NCBI GenBank assembly: GCA_017499595.2
Contig: CM039007.1
Span: 1,116,001 to 1,180,000, forward strand
DNA: 64,000 nt
Direction of reading: 5' to 3'
DNA from: Psilocybe cubensis
Taxonomy: Eukaryota
Under the pieces are notes generated by a model. The model made no database searches and was not told where the DNA came from. It saw only the letters and a program-made list of their open reading frames with translations. This document shows positions 1-13,117 of this stretch, piece by piece; the stretch's first letter is position 1, and each line of letters opens with the position of its first letter. The translations under genes were made by a program, and so were the position numbers.

Positions 1-20
1 CCATGAAGGCAGATGTCTGT

Positions 21-147
21 GGAGGGTTGTACATCAAGTTTGGGTGTGTATCTTAGCGTCCTCATCCTGCTTCGCTTCTCTGAGATCAGTAGCAGACAAG
101 CGATAGCTGCGAACGCAGCGGCGCTCCCGGAGCCGATCCAGAAGCAG
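21..147 (+). pseudogene. Short ABC1/UbiB kinase fragment (GGLYIKFG-intron-QAIAANAAALPEPIQKQ)
   Basis: Near-identical to 2877-3003 and to the reverse complement of the intact ABC1 gene near 33.7-33.8 kb. Homology stops abruptly after QKQ. Confidence 0.8.
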
Positions 148-1034
148 GTTCGGGTCCGAATCTTTCTGTGTACATGGCTACTCCAATTGTGCTAATATAA
201 CACAATATTATATAACATGCTAACTTGTTCTCACCCTCATGGCAAGCCGATAGTACTTTTCTGGTGAGTCTGTATCGGACTTGGCCTAATTTGCTGCAGC
301 ATCTTTGTCCAGCTCTGTTGAGCTCTGTTACCATCCTTACGTTAACCATTTCATTGGTATTTCATCATGGGTATGATGGGAAAGTAGCCGCTTTCAACGG
401 ATGCGGTAAGTGGCGACGCGGTCATCATGATGGTACCAGCCATGGATGTCCTAAACACATCCTTAGGCATCTAACTGATGGCTTGGATTGAGCCTGGATG
501 GGGAAGCTTCAATTGAAACTTGTGCTCCGAGTTCTGATATTGTTTATAGAGCTGAAGCTGAATTAATACCCCAGGTTTTTTTGTTCCTGTGTGTTGCTAT
601 AGATTTCTCTATGAAGAAGCGAGAGGTCACCGGTCAAGCGGTGCCTTCTATACATTACGAATGGTTATACCATGTATGTTGAAACTTGGTGTGTGATTCA
701 ACTGTGGCTATTCAACCGAGGTAGCTCCCGTTCGACCCAATTAAATGGAACCTCTAACTTATTTCTGCATGGTGCGGATGACTCTGCTGATCTTTCGGAG
801 TGTTTTCTGTTCAAACGCGCTGTCGACTGTTATATTCGGTTTTTTCGACTTCCATTTCCCCCGTGACTTATGGCGTCAATAGATGGCTAACGAACAGTTC
901 ACTACGGCGTGTCAACTTCGCAAGTATAATCAAACCGCGCTACCTTCGGTTACACACTCATTGTACGTCAAACTTAGTGTCTAAGGCGTTATTCCAAATG
1001 TGTGACATATCAAGTGCACTTGTATCATCGAACC

Positions 1035-2679
1035 GGGCAAATAGAAAAATAAGTGCACTCAAGTGCACGCAAGTGCATGCAAGTGCAATGCAAGTGCAAC
1101 TCTGCACTTGCATCGCGCGTGACAGTGTGTGAATATGTCACAATTATTTCCTCGGGACAAAGGTGCCGGTGCATGCCGAGTGAGGAGAACATGCCATGTT
1201 TTGCTCGTACAACTGAGGTCTGAGGCAAATAAACAATTTTGGCTTCTAGCATGAGTTTTGAATATTACCTCTGTTAGACTATTTATTCTAAAATTTGCTT
1301 CAGACAGTTTGTGCGCCATTTTCTGGCACATTTCACTGCCAGGGATGTGTTGTCACGGACTTGTGATCTGTCGTCACAAGAACCAATGAACTCGTTGTAA
1401 ATACACCTTCTGCCTTGGAGTATGGGAAAATAAAACATAAAACTTATATATTTCGGTCTGTGTGGTATACCCATTCTCCCGAATAGTGTTTTTTACTCTC
1501 TCTGGGCACCTTGGGGCGAAATAAATCAAAAATAAGTTTGAATATTCTCTCTACAATGATGAGGTACTACATCAAGCAAAACAATGTCTGCCTGCTAAAA
1601 CTTCCGCTATTCGGATTAAGAAATCGGGTAACATTAAAAATTATGCTTATAGCTGGGGATTCTGCTGGCAATTATACAATAATTGACTCGTCTCCGATAA
1701 CCTTCTAATTTATGTCACATTTATGTCACATGCACTGCACTTGCACTGCACTGCACTTGCGTGCACTTGCACTGCACTCGCGTGCACTCACGTGCACTTG
1801 CGCGCACTTTCATGCACTCGCACTGCACTTGCATGCACTCGCATTGCACTTGCATTGCACTTGCGTGCACTTGCGTGCACTTGCACTGCACTTGCACACA
1901 CTTACATTGCACTTGAATGCACTTATGTTTACTTCATAGTACTCGAGTGTCACCGTGCCTATGGAAGGCTTTTTGGGGGTTGACGCTTGACATGTCTAGA
2001 ATCAGAGACCGTGACAATGACTTAGTTCAATCCCTTCGTCAATTGATAGCTGTCTGAGAACGAAAGAGTTGGATTGGGAATACTTCATCCATAATTTTTA
2101 CAGCAGATATACTATCAAAGGTAAGTATATACTATTATTTGATATTTTTCACGGCAGTTGACTGATGATATTCATTCATGTAACACTGGCAGACAACTTT
2201 ATTATAAAGTGGAAAAGGGTGGCCCTTCACGGAGGTCTCACTCTACTTATTAAGACGATACATGGCTTTTCTATCATTCCTACCAGCCCAAACTCTGTCA
2301 AAATTATACGACCCACCGAGCCTAGTAGGAGAGAAGAGAAACCTTAGGCCACGGCCTATCCCTGAAAATAGGACTGCAGCGAAGGCAGTGAAGTCAAAAA
2401 CAAAGAAATAATATTCAATCTCCTAGGTACAACATTGATTAGCTATGTAAATATCATGTATATCAAGTATATGATGCTGTGTACTATAACGGACTGTGCA
2501 TTTGCGTTTTTTTTATGTTTGCACTTGCGCGCGCACTGCACTGCACTTGAGCACAGCCACCGTGCACTCGCATGCACTCGCAATGCACTTGCACTGCACT
2601 GCAGCACAGCCACCGTGCACTTGCATTTGCACGTTTTGCACTTGCGCACTTGCGCTGCACTTATTTTTTCCTATGCCCC
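1035..2679. mobile_element. Putative non-autonomous DNA element (MITE-like) with imperfect terminal inverted repeats and TGCACT-rich sub-repeats
   Basis: Left end GGGCAAATAGAAAAATAAGTGCA... matches the reverse complement of the right end, GGGGCATAGGAAAAAATAAGTGCA.... Both ends continue into (AAGTGCA)n/(TGCACTT)n arrays. No transposase ORF inside and no clear target-site duplication. Confidence 0.45.
1730..1925. repeat. Degenerate TGCACT/TGCACTTGC low-complexity tandem array
   Basis: About 200 bp of short TGCA-cored units. Related arrays lie at 1051-1110 (opposite orientation) and 2497-2662. Confidence 0.9.
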
Positions 2680-2822
2680 TTCCTATGTTTGTGGAAAAGG
2701 CAAAAGCCTTGCCCCAAGCAAGATCCTTACATATCTTTTGTTAAGGCTCATGTCGAGTCAACTTCAGATGCCAATTCCCAGAGTTCTACTTCTAGCATCA
2801 ACAACCCCGAACCGTCGAAGCC

Positions 2823-4465
2823 CCGGAGTTGCACGAGCGCGTCGGGCAGCGGGTATTTGACCTGCTTTCGACTAACGGAGGGTTGTACATCAAGTTTGGG
2901 TGCGCACCTTAGCATCCTTACACTGTTTCGCTTCTCTGAGATCAGTGGAAGGCAAGCGATAGCTGCGAACGCAGCGGCGCTCCCAGAGCCGATCCAGAAG
3001 CAGTTCGCCAGCCTGTTCGACGACGCACCGCAGGTTCCCTACTCAACCATCCACCGTGTATTTGTAAATGAGTTGGGGCAGCCTCCGAGCGGGCCCAACG
3101 GTGTATTTGAGGTATTTGAAGAAAAGGCTGTGGCCAGCGCAAGCATCGCGCAAGTGCACAAGGCAAAGCTCTGGCCCACGCGCGATGAGAGTGGACGTGT
3201 GGTAGACGAGGGAAAGTGGGTTGCAGTAAAGGTACAGAAGCCTGACGTGGCAAAGCAAATGGAGTGGGACATTGCTGCGTTCCGCTCTGTTATGTGGATG
3301 TTTGAGCATTGGGCGTTTGATCTGCCCGTATATTTCGTCGTTGGTGAGTATTCTACGTTTATATCTTGATATTACTCATATCAATTTGCCTAGTTCATTT
3401 CACGATGTTGTAGATTTTCTTGCAGACCATCTAAGGTAAGAACTAGACTTCAGCAGGAAGCTCTACTTTATCAACCCCCTCGACAGCGTCGTCGTTCCTC
3501 TACCCGGTACACCCAGCCAAAGGCGCCTCACTGAGCTGTTGTCCGCGCAGATGTTTCAGTTTGGACAGGCGCACTACGATTTACACCCGGGTAACATCCT
3601 CATACGCCCCTCGCCTACAAACCGCACCCAGCCGCAAGTCGTGATCATGGGCTGTGTGTACAGCTTCCTGAAGAATTCAAGAGGGAGTGGGCGGAGCTGT
3701 GGCGGGCGATGCTGGTGGGTGATTTTAGTGGAGTGAAGAGTGTTGCGGAGCGATGGGGGTTCGGCCCGTTACCTGATTTGGTGGCGAGCTTTGTGATGAT
3801 GCGGCCGACGATTTTGAGGAAGGGGAGAGAGGTCAAGAAGACTGATTCAGGGGCAGAGAAAACGAGAAAAGACGGAGAAAACGAGGATAGAGATAACGAG
3901 AAAAAGAGAGAACGGATGTCAGAGTACGAGCTCAGTCTGAAGATGAAGCAGAGGCTGAAGGAATTTTTGGCGGACACGGATCGGATGCCCAAAGTCATTC
4001 TGTTTCTGAACAGAAATATGCGGATAATGCAAGGTACATACACACTACCATTTATCTGACCTCTCTTTACTTTATGTCTTCACTTTTGGTTGGCTTCGGT
4101 GTGCTCATCATATTTCCTTTTGTAGGGAACAACGCGTCATTCGGCAGTCCCGTCAATGGCGTCAAAATCACAGGCTACTGGGCTTCAAAGGCACCCACTC
4201 GAAACACTCACCTCACATTCTCCGAGCGCACACGGGAGTGGTACAACCACACACGCTTTCAGCTCAGCATGTTCAGCATGGACTTCGCCATTTGGAAGGC
4301 ATTGGTCGGGTTCTGGTTGCGCACACTTCCCGCTCGGATGCACGCTCGGGATGCACTGCCACGCGACGATGGCAGGGGAACAGGATGATGAAGGAGCAGA
4401 TGGAGGAGGCGCTAAGGGAGTTTGTTGAGGACGACATGGGCATCGATCTCCCGGTTGGACTCTGA
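2823..4465 (+). pseudogene. ABC1/UbiB family atypical kinase pseudogene (5'-truncated inverted copy of 31931-34295)
   Basis: Contains ASASIAQVHKA and VAVKVQKP. CAA>TAA stop at 3437-3439, large internal deletion around 3455-3530, HCDPHPGN changed to HYDLHPGN, frameshifting deletion near 3645, and no N-terminus. Confidence 0.9.
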
Positions 4466-4778
4466 TCTCGACCTGGAGTCTCGGGAGGATGTCTGTGAGG
4501 CTGGCAGAAGTTGAAGTCAAACTGCAACGCGTTGTACCAATGTGGTGACTTGTTTTTGAGCATTTGATGATAGATATATCTGCTAATTTTGTGACGTAGC
4601 AATATCTTTGTACATGGATTACTGCAGGATTACCGGCACTCCATTCATTTTAATACTTATTGCATACCGGATCACGAATAAAACTCCAATATCCAATGTA
4701 CAAACTATTACAATACATGTTGTTGCATGAAATATATCGAAGCAAGTCCCAACACCAAAGCTACTATCTATCTGTCTG

Positions 4779-7712
4779 TCACTTCTTTCTAGGTTGCTTG
4801 GGGTTGGGCCTGCCTTCACTCTCGACCGCCCTCGCATCGACATGGTCTTCGTTGGATCGAGGACGCTTACGCTCCGGTTCACCCACGATGGATCCCTCTG
4901 CCGCCGTATTACTATGATTCTTCACCAGCAAACGAAGCTCCGACCAATGCAAATCTCTACCGTCCCCGGCGCCTGAATCAAGTGCCTCGGTGGCCTGTAT
5001 GTTGAGCAGCTTAAACACGTAGAAGAATGTGTTGTGGATCTTGGCATATGACCCAACATCATTGTATGCGCCTTCGCGACCACGATCGACATATTCGCTG
5101 TAGAGATTCTGCCTCAAGAAGAAGAGTGAAGCAACAAAGGAATAGATTGACTTTGGAGCGCTAACCGTCATGGATTCTCCGAATGTGGCTTTGGTGATGC
5201 AGTGGATTCGAGCATCAGTCGGCCTGATCTCATTTATGAAAATGGCCTTGCCAAAATTCTGCAGAGACGGTGTCGATTGTTCTGGGTCGAGGCGGCAGCA
5301 TACGTTCCAAAGAAGAATCCACCATAATGATTCTAGATCGTGCTGAAAGTTATGAGCGACACCAGCCGGCGGCTCGGCCGTCGCAGTTTCGAAAGCCTTT
5401 CTTTGAAATTTGGCGATGCCCTGTGCCACAATCTGTAATTCGTCAATCTCAAGTGTATTTCCTTCAAGACCAGGCGACGGGGGGAGATGTTCCTTCGCTC
5501 TTATCGTATCATCGTGGTCGGAAGAAAAGAGATAAGTTGAGAGCATGACCTCCAGAGGCATAAAGTAAGGAGTTCCCTGTAAGCAATGTTCAGAAGAGAA
5601 CTACTTCGCAGTAAGATGACGTACATACCGTCTTTGGATTTGCAGCATGCGCTGAGGCGTTTGGCAAAGGAAATTTCTTGGCATATTCGAGGTCAGAGAG
5701 CTTCGCAAACCACTCCCCCTTGCTCTCTAAATTTTTCTTGAATGCAAGTATGTTTCCGGAACTGATGTCCCTATGGACCCATCCCGCACAGAATAAAAGT
5801 TGAAGGGCTAAATAGAAGCAGGTAAGCTTTGATACTGGAACAACACAACGCAATCCGCTTACGGGTGAGTGTTTGATAGAGCACATTGACAACTTCTCCA
5901 AGGGTTTCGAGTCGTCCAACGGTTTCACAAAGCTCTTTGAATAGAACGCGATACTGCCTCTTTGGTGAATATTCACGCAGGACTACTGGACGCTTTGGTG
6001 TTCTCGAAGCAATGGGATGAGTGTTGACGGATGCCTGGACGTTCTGCAGCTGTGATTTTTGAGTTTTAGTACCGGTTCGTGGGACATGTGATGCAGGGTC
6101 GGGCTCAGCGAGTAGATCTGTTGTTTGGGTTCCATCTTTTGCTCGTAGTTTGGTTAACTGTCCACTGTGGTCAAGGACAATTTCGAGAAAGTACTTCTTG
6201 TAGCTTCCATCAAGAACAATCTGTTGGTGGGCTTTTTTGATCTCTTTGAGTTCCGTCGGTTCGTCCGTACTATTCCAAAATTGTTCAATATCGCCAAAAA
6301 TGGTGTCCTGTATCTTCCTTTCGGTCTCCGCAGTGCTGTCGAGCCATACATCTTTCAGAACGAGGGGATCTCCAAACTCCTCGCCACTTTCGTTGATTTC
6401 GACGACTTTATAAACACGCGCCATGCGGCCAGTGATGTTGTTCGAGCGATATAGCGATAAGGGTTCCAAAGTACGAAATAGACGAAACTTTTTGCTGCCT
6501 GGTGATTCGGGAAGCTTGAACATGTAATTCCCGTCTGCTTCGAGCGTCACCGTTGGATCGTAACCAAGTTCTTCCTCCGTTGCGAAAGAAAACGCAATGA
6601 AGACTTGAATGAATAATTTGGGATTCTGTAGGAAATTTGTCAGAATAAGAATAAGAAGAATATTATAAGGAGAGGAAGAACTACAGACCTCGGTGAAGTC
6701 GAAGGTATGCGATGCGGCTGAATGCGAGCGGCCATGGTACCACAGCGTGACGTTGCGCTGTTCGCCCGTGATCTGCGTTGCATTGTTGCAAATGTCAGTT
6801 CGGTCGACAACAAGAAGGCCAGAAACCATACCCCAAAAGTAAACATACGACGGACGTCGTCGTTCATGATCTGAACATTGGCAGATACAGCTTGCAAAGC
6901 GTTCTATAGTGAATAAACATCAGGCAACCCGCGCGAAAGAAGAGATATGAGGTGGAAAATGGAACGGAACTCACTTGCCGTTTCTGCGACTCTGACAACT
7001 TGTGTTCCATTACAACTGCTATGTCCGTAGTCAGAAGCGGCTTGTTCTTTTCGAAAGCTGCGACGAATGCGGCATCGATCTTGTTGTTGGAGCCGCGATT
7101 GGGAGAATCTATCGGCTTGTATGGCACGTTCACGTAGCTGAATTTGTTACGGTTTCGCTGTCCAGGGTAGTCGATATTCCCAATGGTCTCAGCGATCTTT
7201 TCCCACCCTTTAAAGACAGCGATTTCGTTGTCAGTCAGTACTGCCATTTTTTTCTTGGGCGGGTACGCCCGAAAAGCAAAATTTGTCTCGTCGCCAGTTA
7301 AAACGGATGATATCGGGTCTGTGTCACTGCGAAGAGCGTAAGGTCCTGCGCCACGTCCCGTTGGAATGTCTTCTAAGAGCTTCTTAACAAAGTATTGCGT
7401 CTCCTTCTCGGTTGGAACGAAAGGGAGATAGGTTTCCATGAAGCTCTCGACGGGGCAGGTTATGAATTCGCCATCCATTTCTCTCGCAATCTGATTCCGA
7501 AGCTGCACGATGCCAATATCCTGTCCGAAGGATTTCTGGCTACGTGGGGTGTCGGGGAATCTGTAAATGTCGAATGTTAGTTCGTAGTAGACCCGTGACA
7601 AAGGCTGCAAAAATGTACGGGAGAGGTTTGGTAGTCCTTTGGGTATAACCTTTAGCCTTTATTTCTGACTGATATGATAAAGCACTCACTTGGTTTTGTT
7701 TTCGTTCGTCAT
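4779..7712 (-). CDS. Fungal-type protein kinase (FunK1/Pkinase_fungal), copy A1, multi-exon, apparently intact
   Basis: Motifs ITGRMARVY, VLKDVW, GWVHRDISSGN, KLSDLEYAK, GTPYFMPLEV and HNFQHDLESLWW. ATG at 7712 followed by GT-AG introns. Basic C-terminal tail PERKRPRS...KQPRKK. Confidence 0.85.
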
Positions 7713-8435
7713 TGTGTGTAGGGGAAATGATGAATCACGAAGGATGCGCGTTGCATCTTAAGTATGTTTTGAGAGAGGCTTGGCGGTGCCCTTCGCGTCG
7801 CTGCAATCGGGTGCACGTGCTGTTCAATGATCTGGCCCATCATTTCTCACGGCCTACCCATTGTCTACCCAATTAAACCAGCCAACTTTGGCCCACAAGG
7901 GCCCACATCCGTTGTTCAATCAAACTGGCACAAACTTCCATTAAAGTCTGCTCCTAATGGTCATATTTCTAGGTGGTTACCATTGTACGTATGATGTTTA
8001 GAAGGCCGATTGAACAGGACAATGGTATGTAAAGTTTCTTGCATGATAGTATTAATTTTTGTCTTCAGTGGAACTTGGAAAGAATACTCAAGAGCTGGAG
8101 TCACGTAGCGTGAAAGGCCTTCCCTCGTTTCTTCTAAATTAATTGAGTGGCCGTATCCATTGGTGTTACTACCCTGAGCAAAAATAGCAATGGAGGATTA
8201 ATGATCTGCCGAATGGACTCACTGACTTGGACCTGTGATCCAGAGTGAGGTTGGCAGACGTCAAAGCGCAACGCGTTGAATCAACGGGTGACTTTCATTC
8301 AAGCATTTTATAATATATATATTTGCTAATTTTTGGCGTACCAATATCTCTGTATATGTATAACTCCACTCACTTTAATACTTACATGAATTATATCAAA
8401 GCAAGCCGGAACGCTAAAGCTACTATCTATCTCTG

Positions 8436-11119
8436 TTACTTCTTTCTAGATTTCTTGGCGCCGGTCCTGCCTTCGCTCTCGACCTCCCTCACATCGACAT
8501 GGTCTTCGTTGGATCGAGGACGCTTACGCTCCGGTTCTCCCACGGCTGATCCTTCTGCCCCAGAATCCATAATACGTTCCTTCACCAATAAAGGGATTTT
8601 GGACCAATGTGAATCCCCTTCATCATCGTCAGGATTTTGAGGTTCAGAATCCTCAGTAACTTCTTTATTGAGGAGTTTAAAGATGTAGAAGAAGATGTTA
8701 TGGATCTTAGAGTACGATCCGATATCATCATATGTTTCCCTTTTACCACGATCGACGTAGTGCTGGTAGAGATCATGCCTCAACAGAAAGAGAGCACTGA
8801 CAAGAGGGAAAAGCGATTCTGGTGCCTCGGCGACGATAGATTCTCCGATTGAGGGTTCGGTTATGCACCTCATTCTGGAATCAGTTGGTTTCATCTCATT
8901 CACGAAAATAGCCTTGCCAAAGTCCTGAAGGGACAGTGTCGAGTGCTCTGGGTGAAGACGGCAGCATATATTCCAGAGAAGAATCCACCATATCGATTCT
9001 AAATCGTGCTGAAAATTGTGAACGACTCCAGTGACCTTTTTGGCAGGTGTAGACATCTGAAGCTTTTGCTTGAATTGAGCGAGCCTCTCCGCAATTATAC
9101 GCTTTTGTTCAGTTTTGACTGTATTTTTGGCAGGATCAAGGGGCGCTTCGATGATTGCATTGATGAATTCAGCAGAAAAGAGGTAAGACGACATCATAAC
9201 CTCCAGAGGCATAAAGTACGGTGTTCCCTACATACATATTCAGAAAACGGTTACGGTGTAAGACAAGAAGGTACATACGGTCTTTGGATCTGCTGCGGGG
9301 GCTGAACCTTTTGGCAAAGGAAATTTCTTGGCATATTCAAGGTCAGAGAGCTTCGCGAGCCACGGCCCCTGGCTTTCAAAATCTTCCTTGAAGGCAAGAA
9401 TATTTCCAGAACTGATGTCCCTATGCACCCATCCCGCGCAAAACAAAAGCTGGAGCGCTAGATAGAAGGCGTAAGGCTTTGCAAATCAAAGGTGGGAAAA
9501 ACAAATCGCTTACGGATGAGGGTTTGCGATAGCACATTGACAACTTCTCCGAGGGTTTCGAGCCGTCCAGAAGGTCTACAAATCTCCTTGAAAAGGATGC
9601 GATATTGCCTCTTCTGCTCGCTCGGAATAGCTGGAAGGGCTGGTGGTTGGGAAACAATTCGGTGTGTGTTTACAAACGTCTGATCGTTCTGAGACTGCGA
9701 TTCTTGTGATTTGGTACCAGTCACCGGAGCATCCAGTGCGAGGTCTTGCTCAGCGTCGAAGAAACCTCTGACTTCGGTTCCTCTCTCTACTCGTACTTTA
9801 GTTTTCTGTCCGCTGTAGTCCAGGACAATCTGAAGAAAGTATTGCTTGTAGCTGCCATTGCCAACAATTTTCCTGTGAGCTTCTTTGAAGCTCTTTAACT
9901 CCAGCGGTTCGTCCGGGCAATCCCAAAATTCTTCGATATCGGTAAAAATAGCGTCCTGTATCTCTTTTTCCGTTTTCGCAGAGCTGTCGAGCCACACGTC
10001 TTTCAAAACGAGAGGATCTCCAAACGCTTCGCCGTTTTCCCTGACTTCAACGACTTTATAAACACGTGTCATTTGACCAGTGATGATGTTCGAATGATAG
10101 ACCGATAGGCCCTCTACAGTGCGAAAGAGCCGAAACTCGTCGCTTCCCGGTAAACGTGGAAGCTTGAATGTGTAGTTTCCGTCTGGTGCGAGCTTCACCA
10201 TTGAATCGTAGCCAAGCTCTTCTTCCGTTGCAAACAAAAATGCAATGAGGATTTGAATGAATAGTTTAGGATTCTATGTGGATTTTGTCAGAAGAATATT
10301 CTAAGAATAGGGAAGGCTACAGACCGTGGATAAGTTAAAAGGATACGACGCGGCTGAATGTGAACGATCATGATACCACATCGTAACATTATGCCTTTCG
10401 GCTGTTATCTGCGTGGCATATCGTGGATGTCAGCTCGGCCATCAGAGAAATGTACAGAAAGCGCACCCCGAAAGTGAACATACGACGTACGTCTTCGTTC
10501 ATGATCTGAACATTGGAAGAGACGACATGTAACGCGTTCTACAGTGAGAAAAGATCAGAAGATACACGCGACAGAATGGTCTTTAGCTGAACTATGGAAT
10601 GGAACCCACTTGCCGATTGTGCGACGCAGCGACTTTGTGCCCGACTACAACAGCTATGTCGGTCGTCTGAAGCGGCTTGTCCGTATCGCAGGCTGCAACA
10701 AATGCGGCATCGATTTTGTTGTTGTAGCCTCGGTTGGAGGAAGCTATCCTCTTGTTCGGAATGTTTACGTAGCTGAATTTGTTGCGTTTTCGTTCCCCAG
10801 GATATTCGAAATTGCCAATGGTCTGTGCAATCTTCTCCCATCCTCGAAAGACGGTGATTTTGCTGTTAGACTGCCGCCCCCGTTTGCTCTGGAGTGGGTA
10901 ATCTCGAAAAGCGAAAGTTGTCTCGTTTCCCGTTAATACAGACAATACTGGCCGTGTAGTTACGTCGCTGGAATGAGAAGCATTACCAGCCCCCGTTGAA
11001 GTGTCCTGTAAAAGTTGCTGAACAAAGTATTGCGTTTCCTTGTCATTTGGGACGAAAGGCAGGTAGGTGTTCATGAAGCTCTCGACAGAGCATCTGATGA
11101 ACTTGAACTCGCTATCCAT
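8436..11119 (-). CDS. FunK1/Pkinase_fungal kinase, copy B1 (start uncertain; first in-frame ATG used)
   Basis: Same motif set (VLKDVW, HRDISSGN, SDLEYAK, HDLES) over open exons. No ATG at the position homologous to the A1 start codon. Confidence 0.75.
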
Positions 11120-13117
11120 TTTCCTGATAATATGCTGCTGCTGCTGACGCTGCACGATACTAATATGACAATATTTATGTATCCGCAGGCTTGTTTCGGG
11201 ATAGTGTACACGCAAAATTGATGCTCCTTGGGTTGGTGTATGTTTGTAGTTGAGGAGATGGTAAATGATTGATCATGAAGAACGTGCAGGTTTACCTCAA
11301 GGGATTCAACACAGGCTTAGCGGTGCCCTTCGCGTCGCAGCGATTGGATGCACGTGTTGTCAAAAGAATGGTCTGGCCCATCAATTTCTCACGGGCCACC
11401 CGTTGTCCACCACTGTTGCCACATTCGTCGTCCAATGCGTATGATTACATCCCCTGAGTGGGCATTTTGTCAGCCCAAGAAGACTCAGAGCATCATCAAG
11501 GACTCAACAGCACCGTCCTTGTCCATTACACTATCTAAAGGTGCAAATAATGACGCGATAGCCTTGAAGGCAGATGTCGCTAGACCAGTTTCTGACGATG
11601 AATTGCAAAGGACAGAGCGATATATTATCGATCCAGGTCAAATGGTCAGTGTCGAGTCGATATCAAGCCTCCAGTCATGACTTAACGTGAGCAGATCAAT
11701 ATGACTAACCTGACTCGCTGTTATCGCCTCAAAGGCCAATATCTTAAGGATGTTTCGTTAGTCAGAGTCATACACGTTCGGTATCATGTAATGCTCATGT
11801 TAGGCACTGACTCTCTCTTGTTATTTTTCAGATACGAGGACAGAAAGCTATCCAAGGACACAGTGATACAAGGAGCTAAAACAAATCTCTATCGGGAAAG
11901 GGAGAGGGAGCCGAGTTTCAAGCTTGAAAAATGCATGGAGCGCGAAAGAAATTCCTCCAGTAGCGAGTGCTGTAGATCCGTCATATGTATGTGAATTATT
12001 TTTCACGGGATACATGTGTCAAACGGTCGTTCCGGTACGCGTACGACGCTACCCCTATGCATCCGCCTTTAGCTGGAACAAAACGCTCGCCATATCCACT
12101 GGCCAGCGCCGAGCGCTCATGCCTCACACTTTGAGTTCTATTCCTTGCTGAACCTCTGGCACCTGGTGTACCTACCTATATCTGAAAATCAGATATTTCC
12201 CTTCGACCATGCAGCACAGCGAAGTCGACGGTTGTGTGTTAACCTGACACATGTCTGGATCACTTTAAAGCTTACTTCCCTTTGCAAATATTGTATGTGT
12301 TCCCTCATTTTGACTATACTGGTATTTTATTATTCCTATTTTTATGGCAGGGGTTTGCTTATGGATCTCCACGGAGATCAAACTGCTGAGCAATCGTCTA
12401 ATTTATGTACGGCAATTATGTGTGAGTCTATTCTTAGTCTCTGAATTCTAATCAGTCTTAGTATGCTGGAAAGAAGTTGGATTTGACAGTCTGGATGGAT
12501 TATTCTCGCTCTTCTAAAACTTATTTTAGGGGTCGGATCACACAACAATCAAGATTGAAGTCGACAAAGCAGCCGCCTATTCCATTTTATTTCTTCTATA
12601 CATACATGATAGAAGCGACATATTTTCGATGCTTCTCAACTTCTCAATGTACGAGAAACCCGTTGATTCAAGGTTCTTTCATACGGTTTTAACATAAGCT
12701 ATTTGTTCAGGTACAGATAGATGTTTTACCATGCACGCCGCTTTTTTGGCATCCTTCAGGTTTCTGGCGGACCCAATTCATGTAAATTGTTTGATCACTC
12801 AAATTTTCTCCGAATTTTTTGCTTTCTTAACATCTAAAGGCACCTGTCCGGACAATAATTTCTGCCAACGGTTCTCGTTCGCAGTTCTGTGAGCTTGGAC
12901 ATCGACTTCTTTGCCACATGAGCATGAACGTTCTTCTAACCCTCCAAAACATACTTTTGGGCACCTGATACGAACTGCAGCATGCCATATGCGGTGAGTA
13001 TTAGTCCGTAATCTGCAATCAATCTATCCTGTAAATATAAAATGTTAGTGGCCTGCTTTTACGAGATATTTCTGTTCCTGTAAAGACAGAGTCTGATTAA
13101 TTTTCTCAGGAACAACG

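Noticed and set aside
1730-1925. CRISPR-like or telomeric array
   Set aside because: There are no unique spacers, the context is eukaryotic, and the unit is not TTAGGG.
1712-1983. His/Cys/Leu/Ala-rich ORFs (for example LALHLHALALH)
   Set aside because: They are translations of the TGCACT repeat array and are open in several frames on both strands.
11450-12150. Short plus-strand ORFs with possible splice sites
   Set aside because: No recognisable motifs and no continuous frame.
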